A DNA stretch of 63,839 bases, filler included. It is 4 parts of 4 records of this genome, joined end to end, with 100 filler letters (N's around TTAATTAATTAA, not from the genome) between each part and the next. Parts side by side here need not be neighbours in the genome. Positions count along the whole stretch, not along the records: positions 27,985 to 46,132 come from SRR20825019_2849; positions 46,233 to 58,430 come from SRR20825019_2853; 2 more parts are not named here. One strand, 5' to 3'. The notes beneath the pieces are model-generated. The model saw only the letters and a list, made by a program, of their open reading frames with translations, had not been told where the DNA came from and searched no databases. Shown here piece after piece: positions 41,298 through 52,795 of the stretch; position 1 is the stretch's first letter; each line of letters begins with the position of its first letter. The translations under genes were made by a program, and so were the position numbers.

Positions 41298-41438
41298 GTG
41301 GCCAGGCGACTCTGTCGGTGACAGCATGGTCACGCCCAGCGCCGCGGCAGCTGTCGTGGTGCCCTACTCCTAGGGCTGTAATGAATCCAAGATAAAGTAC
41401 GGTCAATACCAGTGTTTATGGACACGATCGGTAGGCTC

Positions 41439-44400
41439 CTACGACACGATGCACTTCTGGGTCGAGCAACCGCCCATCTCATTGGAGGTGCAATTGATGC
41501 CCTCGGTCAAGCAGCCACTGTCACCAGTACCTTCGTCCATCTGCAACTTATGTCAACACAGCTCGGATAAAACAGACACAACCGCACAAAAATACAATAA
41601 TTCACACGCGGAGTCTCACCTCGTGGCACCAGGCGCGCGCGTTTTGGAAGAGGCGCATCCAGGGGGATGTGGTGAGACCGTTCCAGTCCTGTGGCTTCCA
41701 CGGCCAGTTGAAGGGAAGGAAGGTGCGCTCGGGGTGTGGCATCATTGCGAGGTGGCGACCATCCGGGCTGCACAGAGCCGCGATGGCGCGCTGGGAGCCG
41801 TTGGGGTTGTGTGGGTAGACCTGGGTGGGCTTGTTGTCGTCGTCAACGTACACGATGGGGGCGAGGCGGTCGCTCACGACAGTCTCGAGGACCTGCTCGC
41901 TAGGGAAGTACGCCTTGCCCTCACCGTGCTGTATCCACACACCGAGGGTGGACCCCTCCATTCCCCTCAGCAGGACCGCGTCCGAGGCCACGATCTTGAC
42001 GGTCGTGAATCGGGACTCGTAGCGGCCCGAGTCGTTGTGGATGAAGCGCGGCTGCTTGTTCATCTCGATGCCCTGATACGGCACCCACCCCAGCAGGGCC
42101 ATCAGCTGGCATCCATTGCACACTCCCAGGCTGAAGGTGTTGGGCCGGTGGTAGAAGTCCTGGAACTGCGCAAACACGCTGGGGTGGAACCGGATCGCAC
42201 CGGCCCAGCCCTTGGCCGAGTCAAGCACATCAGCGTATGAGAATCCGCCCACGAACGCGAGGCCGCGGAAGGGGGAGAGGTTTGCGGAACCGTTCAGGAG
42301 GTCCTGCAGAGACACGTCGAACGCGTCGAAGCCGGCCATGTGGAACGCCGCGGCCATCTCACGGTCGGAGTTCGACCCCTCGGCACGGAGGATTGCGACG
42401 GCGGGCTTGCTCTTGATATGCATGAGGCCAAGCGGGGTCGCTGCGGGCTCGAACGACAACTGGAAGGGCGGAGCGGAGCGGCCCTTGAGCCCGCGCTGCT
42501 CCTGGTCCACGCAGTCGGGGTTGGCCTGACGGCGCTCGATCTGGAAGCTGGTCTCCTCCCAAACGTCCCGCAGGGTCACCATCTTCTCATCCAGGCAGCG
42601 GTTGCCATTGTGAGTGGCCACAATGTCCCGCTCGCGAGTGGTCAGACCGATCTTGGCACAGGGAACGTTGTTGCTCTTGAACGCAGCCAGGACGCTTTCC
42701 TCCGAGTAAGTTGCCACCTCCAGGACAAGTCCGAGCTCCTCGGCGAAGAAGAGATCGATGGAGGACACCTCGGAAGCAGAGGTGATGTTGACGCCTACAC
42801 CACAGTCGCCCGCAAATGCCATCTCCAGCAGTGTCGTGATCAGGCCACCGTCGGAGCGGTCGTGGCCGGCGAGGATCTGGCCTTTCTCGATGAGCTCCTG
42901 GAGCGTGTTGAATGCGCGCGCAAACATGTCAGGGTCGTCCATGTCGGGGGACTCGTTGCCCAGCTGGTCGTAGCACTGGGCAAGGGCGCTGCCGCCCATG
43001 CGAGCCCTGCCCTGCCCGAGGTCCACTAGAAGCAGAACGCTACTGCCGGGGGCCTTGATATCCGGCGTGACGGTCTTGGTGACGTCCGGGCACGCGCAGT
43101 ATGATGACACCACAAGGGTGCCCGGCGCCTTGACCGTCTCGCCTGCCGCGCCCTTTTTGGATTTCTTCCCGGGTGCTGGGGGAACCTTGGCAGCCATGGA
43201 CAGCGAGTCCTTTCCACCATCGATGGCCACACCCAGCTGCACCATCACATCGCTCATCGCCACACACGCGTCATAGAGCGCGGCGCCCTCGTGTGGGAGC
43301 TTGGCCGCCCACATCCAGTTGCCGCTGCACTTGACGTCGCGGAGGGCTGAGACCCGAGCCCATACAAGATTGGTGAGCGACTCGCCCACGGTCATCCGGC
43401 CCATGGCGGCAGGAGACACCAGTCCCTGAGAGATTCATCAGTACACCGATCCTGTTCCGTATCATCAATGCAATTACCTTGATCGGCTGCTCACCAATGG
43501 CCGTGGCGGAGCCCTCCACCCCAAAGTAGGAGAGGGCGGTCACGGCGACGTTGGCCAGGGGCGTGTGAAGAGGGCCGACGCACTGCTGCTGCGCGATCAG
43601 GGCAGTCACGGCACGGTCAACCTTATTTGTGAGGAAGCGCTTGGACCCGACGGTCATGAGCCGAAGGACGCGGTCGAGCGCGCCGCGGATCGACAGATCG
43701 GAGGGAAGGGCGAGGGGTGCCAGCTCGCGGGAGGCGCGGTTGGACTTGAATGTCTTGTCGGGCAGGTCGCCGAGGACCTTGGACAGGTCCAGGTCGACCG
43801 GGGTGGTCCCTGTCTCCCGATCGTGGACGACGATGCGGCCGTCGTTGGTCACCTCGCCGATGAAGGCCACGGGGACACACTCGCGGTCACACATGGACTG
43901 GAACAGGCCGCGGTGGTTGGGACGCAGAAGGAGGGCCGACTGCTCCTGGTACTCCGCTCCCCACAGCTCGAGGACCGACATGGACTGCACCGCGGCACAT
44001 TGTCAGCCCAACATGGAGCGCACGGCGGGAGCACTCACCTTATCACCACACACAACGTCACGGATCTCGATGCGTCCGCCGGCGGGGTCAACGATCTCCT
44101 TGACAACGTTGCAGTTACCGCCCGCACCCTGGTCGTGGATACTGATAATGGGGTTCTCGCTCGCCATCTCCACGCAGGAGCGGATCACCCTGTTGAGTTT
44201 CTGTTCCATCTCCGCGTCGCCCCGCTGCACGGCGTTGAAGTCAAGGTCCGCCTTGTTGTCGCCTTGCACCATCGACGAGGCCGCGCCTCCGCCCATCCCG
44301 ATCCGGTACGCAGGCCCGCCCACCTTTACCACCAGCATGCCCAGCTGCCAAACGAGTCAGCCCCGCACACCCTCACCGAGCCCGCCCTCCACCTCTCACC

Positions 44401-46067
44401 TCTGGGGCACCCTTCTTGGTGTGCTTGTCGTCCACCTGGCCGAGGCCTCCAGTGAACATGATCGGCTTGACATACTCGTACCGCTCGCTGTCCGGAAGCC
44501 GCATCCCGAAGGAGCGGACGTACCCTTGGATGATCGGCTCGCCAAACTTGTTGCCATAATCGGAGGCGCCGTTGCTGGCATCGATAACGATGCGAAGGGG
44601 AGAGGCCAGGTTGGTCGGATACTGGAAGTCCTTGCTCTCCCAGGGAAGTTCATACCTGAGGGGAAACAAAAGGTCATTACACAACGTACGGCACTGTGAG
44701 GACGCCCGTTAGACTCACCCTGGGATGTTAAGGTTGCCGACACAGTACGCGGCGGTCCCGGCAATGGGAATAGAACCCCGACCTGTGGCGTGGGAATCAC
44801 GGATCCGACCACCCGTACCGGTCTCGGCGCCGGGGAATGGCGCCACCCCCGTGGGGAAATTGTGTGTTTCCGCGGTGAACTGAATGTGGCGGAGAGAATT
44901 CTTGGTCGTAAACTGCAGTGACAAGAAAGACTGGTCAACAAGGCCTCTGGCGGCGGCGGGGACGGGGCGTACCTTGCTGTGTGAGGTGGCGCTGGAGGGG
45001 GTCAGGACCTCGCACTCATAGCCACGGATGGCGGAGCAGTTGTCGGACATGGCGATGATGCTGTTGTTGTTGGAGGACGCGAGAGGCTTCTTCACGATCT
45101 TCATGAGTGAGTTCGGCACCTGTCGCACACAGTCAGGGCCTTCGTCGTACACTTGTCAACACCACCGCTACCTCCTCTCCATCAATCACAAGCTTGCCGC
45201 GGAAGAACCAGTGGCGTGAGTGCTCGGAATTGGACTGCGCCAGGTCAAAGCACTCCACGTCCGTCGGGTTGCGCTTCATGTCGTCTTTGAACATGGCGGT
45301 ATAATAGTCCAGGTCCCAGTCATCCATGCCAAGGCCGAGCTCCTTGTTCAGGTCCGCCAGGGCGGCCCGGCCCTTCTCAAGGATGGGCACGGTCCGGACA
45401 GGCTGCACGCAGACACACCATCAGAAGCGGAAATACCCCAAGTGGGAAGGGTGCCACTACCTCCGCCGTGACCGCCGCCGTGAACCGACGAAGCGGGACG
45501 GAGTACTCGCACTCGGTCATACGGTCGTGCACAAGGGCGAGAAATGCGTCCTTGTCGAAGGCGGACGCCGCCGACTCGGACTCGAACACGACGAGGTAGT
45601 TCCGAGAGCGCTCCATGCGCACTATTTCTGAAAGGCCGCACGCATGGCACACAGTCACGGCGTTGGTGGACCACGCCGTCGTGAAGCTCATCCGCGGGCC
45701 AACCTGCGAGACCCATGCGTAAGTATTCCACCAGCCTCTCCCCGGGGGGGCCTATGACAAATATAATTAAGCGGCAGCTCACCTCAACGAGAACAGTATT
45801 GGCGCCCTGCTTGTCGAAGTCATCCTTCTTGTTCACAAGGAAGGAATGCTCGCCGTAGCCGGCTTCGTCAAAGGTTTCTCTCAAGAGCCAGTCCAGAACC
45901 TGGGCCTCCTCGCCTTCTAGGACTGTGCTCTTGTCCTTCTTCTCGATGTAGATGCGATACTCAGTCTCTATCGTCGACAGACCCGACACGCCGGCCTCCT
46001 CGAGGCTCGCCAGGAGTGCCTTCACACCGGAGGGCGTCAACACCGGGCGTCGGTGGCGGACGGCAAG
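41439..46067 (-). CDS. PFAS: Phosphoribosylformylglycinamidine synthase (large type), multi-exon, 5'-truncated
   Basis: [67 protein letters not shown] and MMPHPER motifs. Predicted terminal intron 41541-41619 and terminal exon 41439-41540. Confidence 0.93.
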
Positions 46068-46132
46068 CTGCAACAAAATACAAAATTAAAATTAAAACTG
46101 ACCGGCGGGGGGGTGGGGGGGGGGGGGGGGGG

Positions 46133-46232
46133 NNNNNNNNNNNNNNNNNNNNNNNNNNNNNNNNNNNNNNNNNNNNTTAATTAATTAANNNNNNNNNNNN
46201 NNNNNNNNNNNNNNNNNNNNNNNNNNNNNNNN
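46133..46232. other. Artificial contig spacer 2
   Basis: N run + TTAATTAATTAA + N run, 100 bp. Confidence 0.98.
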
Positions 46233-47230
46233 GCTTCACATTGTGTAGGATTTACTTTTCCTGGCATGATTGAAGAACCTGGCTCATTTGCAGGAATATT
46301 AAGCTCACCAATACCACTACGTGGTCCTGAAGCTAACATTCTTATATCATTTCCTATTTTATTTAAAGAAACGGCCAATTGTTTTAATGCACCGTGAGTT
46401 TCAACTAAAGCATCGTGAGCAGCAAGTGCCTCAAACTTATTCTCTGCAGAAACAAAAGGAAGTTTTGTAAAAGAAGCTATATATTCTGCAACGCGAGTAG
46501 AGTAACCTTTTGGGGTATTTAATCCTGTACCAACAGCTGTTCCTCCTAAAGCTAGTTCAGCTAAATGTGGAAGTGTATTGTGTAACGCTTTAAGACCGTG
46601 ATCTAATTGAGAAACGTAACCTCCAAATTCTTGCCCTAAAGTTAAAGGCGTAGCATCCATAAAATGCGTGCGGCCTATCTTTACAACATTCTTAAATTCT
46701 TCAGATTTACGTTTTAGCGTATCTCTTAGTTGTTTTATACCAGGAATAGTAACCTCTACAACCTTCTTATATGCAGCAATGTGCATTCCTGTTGGAAAGG
46801 TATCGTTTGAAGATTGACTTTTATTTACATCATCATTTGGTAAAAGTGTTTTCTCACCTTCACCAATAGTTTTACCTGCTAGTTGGTGTGCTCTGTTTGC
46901 AACAACTTCATTAACATTCATGTTACTTTGAGTACCACTACCAGTTTGCCATATAACTAATGGAAATTGGTCGTCGTGCTTTCCTTCTAAAATCTCATCA
47001 CACACTTGTGCAATAAGATCTCTTTTATCTACAGGAAGTACGCCAAGCTCACAATTGGTATAAGCAGCAGCTTTTTTTAGGTATGCAAAACCATAAATTA
47101 CCTCTAAAGGCATAGAAGCTGGTTTACCTATTTTAAAATTATTTCTCGAACGTTCGGTTTGTGCGCCCCAAAGCTTGTCTGCCGGCACTTTAACCTCACC
47201 CATTGTATCTTTTTCTATTCTAAAAGCCAT
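46233..47230 (-). CDS. fumC: Class II fumarate hydratase (3'-truncated at contig end)
   Basis: [20 protein letters not shown] and the signature [14 protein letters not shown] at 47230. Confidence 0.96.
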
Positions 47231-47247
47231 AATAAAAATTTGTTGTG

Positions 47248-47255
47248 CAAATGTA
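47248..47255 (-). promoter_or_regulatory. Bacteroidota -7 promoter element for fumC
   Basis: TACATTTG matches TAnnTTTG, 17 bp upstream of the ATG. Confidence 0.65.
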
Positions 47256-47342
47256 AGTATTGTGATTGAAAAGCTATTGCAAAAAATAACTCCCATAATT
47301 AAAAAATTATAGGAGTCTTAAATGTATTATGAGATAGTGAGA

Positions 47343-47861
47343 TTACTTATTGTCATCATTACTATCATCCATCATTTGCTTTTCTTTTTCCATTTTTAAT
47401 TTTCTTTTTGCTTGCTGTATAGCATTGGCATCAGATTTTTGAAATGCATTGTCAGCATCAAAAGTACCGTAAGATACTGTATCACCTATTTTTAATTTAT
47501 AAGTACCTTCAATTTTTGTTGGGTAAATACGACCAATGTTAACTTTCTTTCCGTCATTCATTTCAAAAACTACATAACCTACAGAAGCTTCTTCAAAACG
47601 AATTGGCTTACTATCATAAAAGTAATCTGCGTTCGTTTCTACATCCATTGGTAACTTAACAGCACGTTGATTGGTACCATCACCAGCAACTGCAATTTTT
47701 TGCTTAGCAGTAGTGGTCATTTTTTTAGTCTTAACTTCTTCTCCAGAAGAGGTTTTAACTTTAGTTTTTACTGTTGTAGTTTCTTCTGTTTTATTTTCGT
47801 TCTCTTGCGCTATACCTGTTGCAAATGCACCAAGCGCTAAAAGTAAAAGGATCTTTTTCAT
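47343..47861 (-). CDS. Hypothetical secreted protein
   Basis: 172 aa with a Sec signal (MKKILLLLALGAFATGIAQ) and a Lys/Thr-rich N-terminal region. Confidence 0.75.
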   Translation of the reverse strand: MKKILLLLALGAFATGIAQENENKTEETTTVKTKVKTSSGEEVKTKKMTTTAKQKIAVAGDGTNQRAVKLPMDVETNADYFYDSKPIRFEEASVGYVVFEMNDGKKVNIGRIYPTKIEGTYKLKIGDTVSYGTFDADNAFQKSDANAIQQAKRKLKMEKEKQMMDDSNDDNK

Positions 47862-48096
47862 CTTGTGAAATTTTAAATTATAGAGTAAATGTAACTAGCT
47901 ACCGTGTTAATTTTAATTAATGGAGTGCTAATCTTTTACTAATCTTTAATTCAAAAAACATAAATATAACGAGTTAAATTAAAGAGCTTCAGTGAGTTGC
48001 AAAAATTATAATTAGGTAATTTTAGATTGAAACTTGTGTGTTTATGCAGTTAACTATCTAATAAAAATGTACGCTTTAAAATTTAGAGTAATACCT

Positions 48097-48104
48097 TATC
48101 TTTG
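48097..48104 (+). promoter_or_regulatory. Bacteroidota -7 promoter element for ychF
   Basis: TATCTTTG matches TAnnTTTG, 24 bp upstream of the ATG. Confidence 0.7.
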
Positions 48105-48128
48105 CGCCCTAAATTTAATGACTACCAT

Positions 48129-49223
48129 ATGAAAGCCGGAATTGTAGGATTACCAAACGTAGGAAAATCGACATTATTTAATTGTTTGTCTAATGCAAAA
48201 GCACAAAGTGCTAATTTCCCGTTTTGTACCATAGAACCAAATATTGGAGTGGTAAATGTTCCAGATCCTAGACTAAGAAAACTTGAGGAGTTAGTTAATC
48301 CTGAGCGTGTAATGCCTGCAACTGTTGATATTGTAGATATTGCTGGTCTTGTAAAAGGCGCAAGTAAAGGTGAAGGCTTAGGAAACCAGTTTTTAGGTAA
48401 TATACGTGAGACAGATGCTATTTTACATGTGTTGCGTTGTTTTGATGATAGTAACGTTGTACACGTAGATGGTAGTGTAGACCCAATTAGAGATAAGGAA
48501 ACAATTGATATTGAGCTACAACTTAAAGATCTTGAAACTGCAGAAAAGAAACTTGAGAAAGTTAAAAGAGCTGCACGTACAGGTAATAAGGAAGCCCAAA
48601 AAGAAGACAGTATTTTAAATACCATAAAATCTAATTTAGAGCAAGGCATCTCTGTTCGAGCTATAGAGTTTTCTGAAGAGGACTATGAGGAATTTGTAAA
48701 GCCATTACAATTTATTACAGACAAACCAGTAATGTATGTTTGTAATGTAGATGAGGCTTCAGCAAACTCTGGAAATGCTTATGTAGACAAAGTAAAGGAA
48801 GCAGTTAAAGATGAAAATGCAGAAGTGTTAGTTCTTGCCGTAGGTATTGAAGCAGATATAGCAGAGCTTGATGATTTTGAAGAACGCGAAATGTTTTTAG
48901 CAGATATAGGTTTAGAAGAACCAGGTTCTGCGAAATTAATTCGTGCAGCATATAAGCTCTTAAATCAACAAACGTATTTTACTGCTGGTAAAAAAGAGGT
49001 AAGAGCTTGGACAGTTAAAGTTGGAGCATCTGCACCACAAGCGGCAGGTGTTATACATACAGATTTTGAGAAAGGTTTTATTAGAGCTGAAGTTATAAAG
49101 TATGAAGACTTTGTAAGTTATGGTAGTGAAGCCAAAGTAAAAGAAGCAGGTAAATTAGGTGTTGAAGGTAAAAACTATATTGTACAAGATGGTGATGTCA
49201 TGCACTTCTTGTTTAATGTATAA
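48129..49223 (+). CDS. ychF: Redox-regulated ATPase YchF
   Basis: GLPNVGKST, ANFPFCTIEPN, DIAGLVKGASKGEGLGNQFL and a TGS domain; ATG at 48129. Confidence 0.97.
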   Translation: MKAGIVGLPNVGKSTLFNCLSNAKAQSANFPFCTIEPNIGVVNVPDPRLRKLEELVNPERVMPATVDIVDIAGLVKGASKGEGLGNQFLGNIRETDAILHVLRCFDDSNVVHVDGSVDPIRDKETIDIELQLKDLETAEKKLEKVKRAARTGNKEAQKEDSILNTIKSNLEQGISVRAIEFSEEDYEEFVKPLQFITDKPVMYVCNVDEASANSGNAYVDKVKEAVKDENAEVLVLAVGIEADIAELDDFEEREMFLADIGLEEPGSAKLIRAAYKLLNQQTYFTAGKKEVRAWTVKVGASAPQAAGVIHTDFEKGFIRAEVIKYEDFVSYGSEAKVKEAGKLGVEGKNYIVQDGDVMHFLFNV

Positions 49224-49243
49224 ATCTGAAGACTTTTAATTAT

Positions 49244-49279
49244 AAAAAAATCCCCAAGCTATAAAGCTTGGGGATTTTT
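49244..49279. terminator. Bidirectional intrinsic terminator
   Basis: AAAAATCCCCAAGCT-ATAA-AGCTTGGGGATTTTT between convergent ychF and helicase genes. Confidence 0.9.
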
Positions 49280-49290
49280 GTTTTAAGTAT

Positions 49291-50628
49291 TTATTTACCT
49301 TTTCTCTTTTGACCTCGAGTTTTTGGCTTTTTATATTTCTTCTCAATCTTACGTTTGTAAGAACCACCTTCATTACGCTTTCTGTTTTTGTCCTTTTTTT
49401 CGTGAAATGCTTTACCTTTTGAAGGTTCCTTCTTTAGAGGATTATATATTTCTACAGGTTTTTGTTGTTCTTCTGGAGCAAGCTCTTTAGAAATTTCAAC
49501 ATCATTAGGCATTTCTAAAGTGTCTACTTTAGTTTCCATAAGTTCCTCTATGGTTTCAAGCCATTCTACCTCACTTTCTGAAGTAAGAACTAATGCAGTA
49601 CCTTTTTTCTCAGCTCTACCAGTACGACCTATCCTATGCAGATAATTTTCTGGATAGCTTGGTGTATCCATATTAATAACGTGAGAGATATCATCTATAT
49701 CTAAACCACGTGCCATAACATCTGTAGCAATCATGATACGATGTTCACCTGTTTCAAAAGCTTCAATACTATTAAGTCTATAATTTTGAGTCTTATTAGA
49801 GTGAATAACACTAGCTTGATCTGGGAATGTCTTGTCCACAACAGCAAATAAACGGTCTGCTATACGTTTATTAGGAACAAATATTAATGTCTTTTCGTAT
49901 GTTTCAACATCTTCTAAAAGATGAATAATTAGATTTTGTTTTGTGTAGTAATTAGGAACATTATAACGATATTGTTGTATTTTAACTAATGGTGTTCCAC
50001 TTTTTGCAACAGATATTTTTATAGGGTTATTAAAGAATTCAGAAATCATAGAAGAGACTTCATCTGTCATAGTTGCAGAAAACAATATGTTTTGATGCTT
50101 TTTAGGAAGTATATCTAAAATGTTAACTAGCTGAAACCTAAATCCGAGGTCTAACATAACATCAACCTCATCAATCACAAGCTTCTGTATGTTTTTTAGT
50201 TGTAGTACGTGGCTAACAGCAAGGTCATACAATCTACCTGGCGTAGCTACAAGAACATCACACCCTTCAACTACAGCTTTTTTCTGTGTATTAATATTTG
50301 TACCACCATAAACACCTAAAATACGCATATCATTAAGTGTACAAAGTTTTTCAATTTCTGAAACAACTTGTACAACAAGTTCACGCGTAGGAACAATTAT
50401 TAAAGCTCTAGGATTTACTTGTCTAGAATAGGGTAGTAGTCTTAGGACAGGTAATGCATAAGCATAAGTTTTACCAGTTCCTGTTTGGGCAATACCAACA
50501 ACATCTCTACCAGACATGATTACAGGAAATGAATCTTCCTGTATTGGAGTAGGATGTACGATACCTAATTCATCTAAAGCTTTCTGTAAAGAAGGAGATA
50601 GGTTTAAGTCTTTAAAAGTAGTGGACAC
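49291..50628 (-). CDS. DEAD-box RNA helicase (DEVD variant)
   Basis: Q motif (PTPIQ), AQTGTGKT, PTREL, TPGRL, DEVD, SAT, ARGLD and HRIGRTGR; GTG start; TACCTTTG promoter element at 50649-50656. Confidence 0.95.
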   Translation of the reverse strand: MSTTFKDLNLSPSLQKALDELGIVHPTPIQEDSFPVIMSGRDVVGIAQTGTGKTYAYALPVLRLLPYSRQVNPRALIIVPTRELVVQVVSEIEKLCTLNDMRILGVYGGTNINTQKKAVVEGCDVLVATPGRLYDLAVSHVLQLKNIQKLVIDEVDVMLDLGFRFQLVNILDILPKKHQNILFSATMTDEVSSMISEFFNNPIKISVAKSGTPLVKIQQYRYNVPNYYTKQNLIIHLLEDVETYEKTLIFVPNKRIADRLFAVVDKTFPDQASVIHSNKTQNYRLNSIEAFETGEHRIMIATDVMARGLDIDDISHVINMDTPSYPENYLHRIGRTGRAEKKGTALVLTSESEVEWLETIEELMETKVDTLEMPNDVEISKELAPEEQQKPVEIYNPLKKEPSKGKAFHEKKDKNRKRNEGGSYKRKIEKKYKKPKTRGQKRKGK

Positions 50629-50667
50629 AGTTATATAATTTTACGGTGCAAAGGTACTATAAAGCAA

Positions 50668-52059
50668 TTAGTTTATCTTTTTAATCTTTAGGTAACTTGA
50701 ATCACCAAAATTATTGAAGTTTGAATTATTGTTGCCGTCTGCAACAACATTAAAATCTATATATCCAGTTGTAGCAGTTATCTCAAAAACAGCTATTTGT
50801 GGTATGCTACCTTGAGATGTGTTGGAGTTTGGACTCGTTAATGCAGCAGTAGTGCCTTCATTAGTGTTGTTTAAACGCATTATATAACTTAAAGTAGATG
50901 TTTCATTATTCGGTCTAATATTAGATTCAACTTCGTATACACCTCGTGGTAAGGTTAATCTGCTATTAGATGTATTATAAGATGAACCAGTAATATTATT
51001 AAAAGATTCTTGACTAAAATTAAATGCAGTATTTACATTACCTATGGTTGTAGGATTTGTTCTCAACATTATTTGTGTAGTATTCTCAGTAAGCAACTGT
51101 TTCCATGAAGAGGCGTTATTATCCCAATACAGGAAACCTTCACTATAATTATTAACCTCTTGTGTAAGATAAATGAGCATACTATGCTGTGAAGCACCAG
51201 GATTTGTATTAGGTAGTGCATTTAAACGAGGTATAAGAATACCATCTGTTTCTTTTGGAGTATTTGCATTTACTGGGTTAACATCTAAAATAGCATCTGG
51301 CTCTAACTTGTTGAGACCTAAATCTCCATCTTCTCTAATAGACATTCTTACTTGTTGAGAAATGCTTCCAATAGGTGTTGTATTAACCACAAATCTTGAA
51401 GGTGTGCTATTGTCTGATGCAGCACCATTTAAATACAGTCTAAAACCACCTACTTCTGTAATTTGGTCACCATCGTGAGTTTTAAAGATTACAGAACCAA
51501 TCTCACCATTTGCAGCTAAGGTATTTGGCGCATCTAAACTACCACCAGTATTATAAAAAATTAAATTTGGCGGATTTGTATTTGCACTTGTAATTTGAAA
51601 ATCATTATCGCCTGGACCTTTAAATTCAAATCGTTCAACTGGTGTATCCGTGCCTATTCCTATACGGCCATCATCTGTAAACACCATTCGAGTACCATTA
51701 GTATCTGCTTGTTTAGCATAAATTAATTGTTGCCCTAATGCATTCTCTCCATCTAACCACTCACCACCAAAAGGAATCCAGTCTGGAATATCATTATCCC
51801 AAAAATAGAATCCTTTAGTATCATTACCATCTGTCTGTGATAAAAAGACAATCATACCATCTTGCGAAATACCTGGATTTACATCAGGAAACTTTTCAAG
51901 TCTCGGTATTAGTAAACCATCTGTTTCAGTTGGGTTAGCTGAACTAGATGCTGAAATATCTAATATACTTTGAGGGTTTATATTACCAATTCCTACTTGA
52001 CTAAAGCTATTGTCTGCTATAAAGCATAACAAAACAATATAAATATAATTTTTAATCAT
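50668..52059 (-). CDS. Secreted repeat protein (flavobacterial QVGIG...DGLLIPR type)
   Basis: Signal peptide; two copies of a module (P.(S/A)ILD(I/V)...TDG(L/I)LIPRL...P..NPG...G F(Y/L)(F/Y)WDN); IGIGTDTP repeat. Confidence 0.7.
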   Translation of the reverse strand: MIKNYIYIVLLCFIADNSFSQVGIGNINPQSILDISASSSANPTETDGLLIPRLEKFPDVNPGISQDGMIVFLSQTDGNDTKGFYFWDNDIPDWIPFGGEWLDGENALGQQLIYAKQADTNGTRMVFTDDGRIGIGTDTPVERFEFKGPGDNDFQITSANTNPPNLIFYNTGGSLDAPNTLAANGEIGSVIFKTHDGDQITEVGGFRLYLNGAASDNSTPSRFVVNTTPIGSISQQVRMSIREDGDLGLNKLEPDAILDVNPVNANTPKETDGILIPRLNALPNTNPGASQHSMLIYLTQEVNNYSEGFLYWDNNASSWKQLLTENTTQIMLRTNPTTIGNVNTAFNFSQESFNNITGSSYNTSNSRLTLPRGVYEVESNIRPNNETSTLSYIMRLNNTNEGTTAALTSPNSNTSQGSIPQIAVFEITATTGYIDFNVVADGNNNSNFNNFGDSSYLKIKKIN

Positions 52060-52249
52060 AAAGCAACTTGGTATTTGGTTGATAGTAAGTTGATTAACTA
52101 AGATTTAAAGATACCAATAAGATGTTAATATAGTGTTAAAAATTAAGATTTTATTAAGATTTTCAGATAGCTCATTTAGTTTACTGTTATTACATAATTC
52201 ATATTTAATTTATTTTGCTTAACAATTAATAATGCCATTTCTTTTTATA

Positions 52250-52792
52250 ATGAAAAAGATTCTTTGCTTTGCAGGCTCAAATAGCCGTCATTCTATTAAT
52301 ACCATATTAGTAAATTATGTAGCTAATAAAATTATAGATCACGAGGTTAAAATTATCTCATTATTAGATTATGAATTACCTATGTATAGTCTGGACTTAG
52401 AGAATGAGCGTAGTTTCTCAGCAGATTTACAAGTATTACGTAATATAATAAAAGATCATGATGCTCTTATTATTTCTGTTAATGAGCATAACGGAAGTAT
52501 ATCTGCTTTTTTTAAAAATCATTTAGATTGGCTATCTAGACTAGATCGTAATTTTCTGGAAGGTAAAAAGGTGTTATTAATGAGTACATCACCAGGCGCA
52601 AGAGGAGCAAAGTCTGCTTTGGAGTTTTGCAAATTGGTACTTCCTAGGTTTGGGGCAGAAATTGTTGAGAGCTTTAGCTTCCCATCTTTTCAAGATAACT
52701 TCTCAATTGAGGAAAATAAAATTACAAATGATGTCCTTGAGATGGGACTTAATGATATGTTGAGTACCTTTGAGCATCACATTAATTTATGA
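52250..52792 (+). CDS. NADPH-dependent FMN reductase
   Basis: FAGSNSRHSIN, EHNGSISAFFKN..DW and STSPGARG motifs; ATG at 52250. Confidence 0.9.
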   Translation: MKKILCFAGSNSRHSINTILVNYVANKIIDHEVKIISLLDYELPMYSLDLENERSFSADLQVLRNIIKDHDALIISVNEHNGSISAFFKNHLDWLSRLDRNFLEGKKVLLMSTSPGARGAKSALEFCKLVLPRFGAEIVESFSFPSFQDNFSIEENKITNDVLEMGLNDMLSTFEHHINL

Positions 52793-52795
52793 TCC

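Noticed and set aside
29070-46067. Fragmented ORFs as pseudogenes or programmed frameshifts
   Set aside because: The breaks I examined coincide with GT-AG introns that have branch points and restore the frame.
46107-46132. Terminal G run as a telomere or functional G-quadruplex
   Set aside because: A plain homopolymer at a contig end is more simply an assembly break or a two-colour sequencing artefact.
49291-50628. DEVD instead of DEAD as a sign of an inactive helicase
   Set aside because: It fits the DExD consensus and all other helicase motifs are intact.
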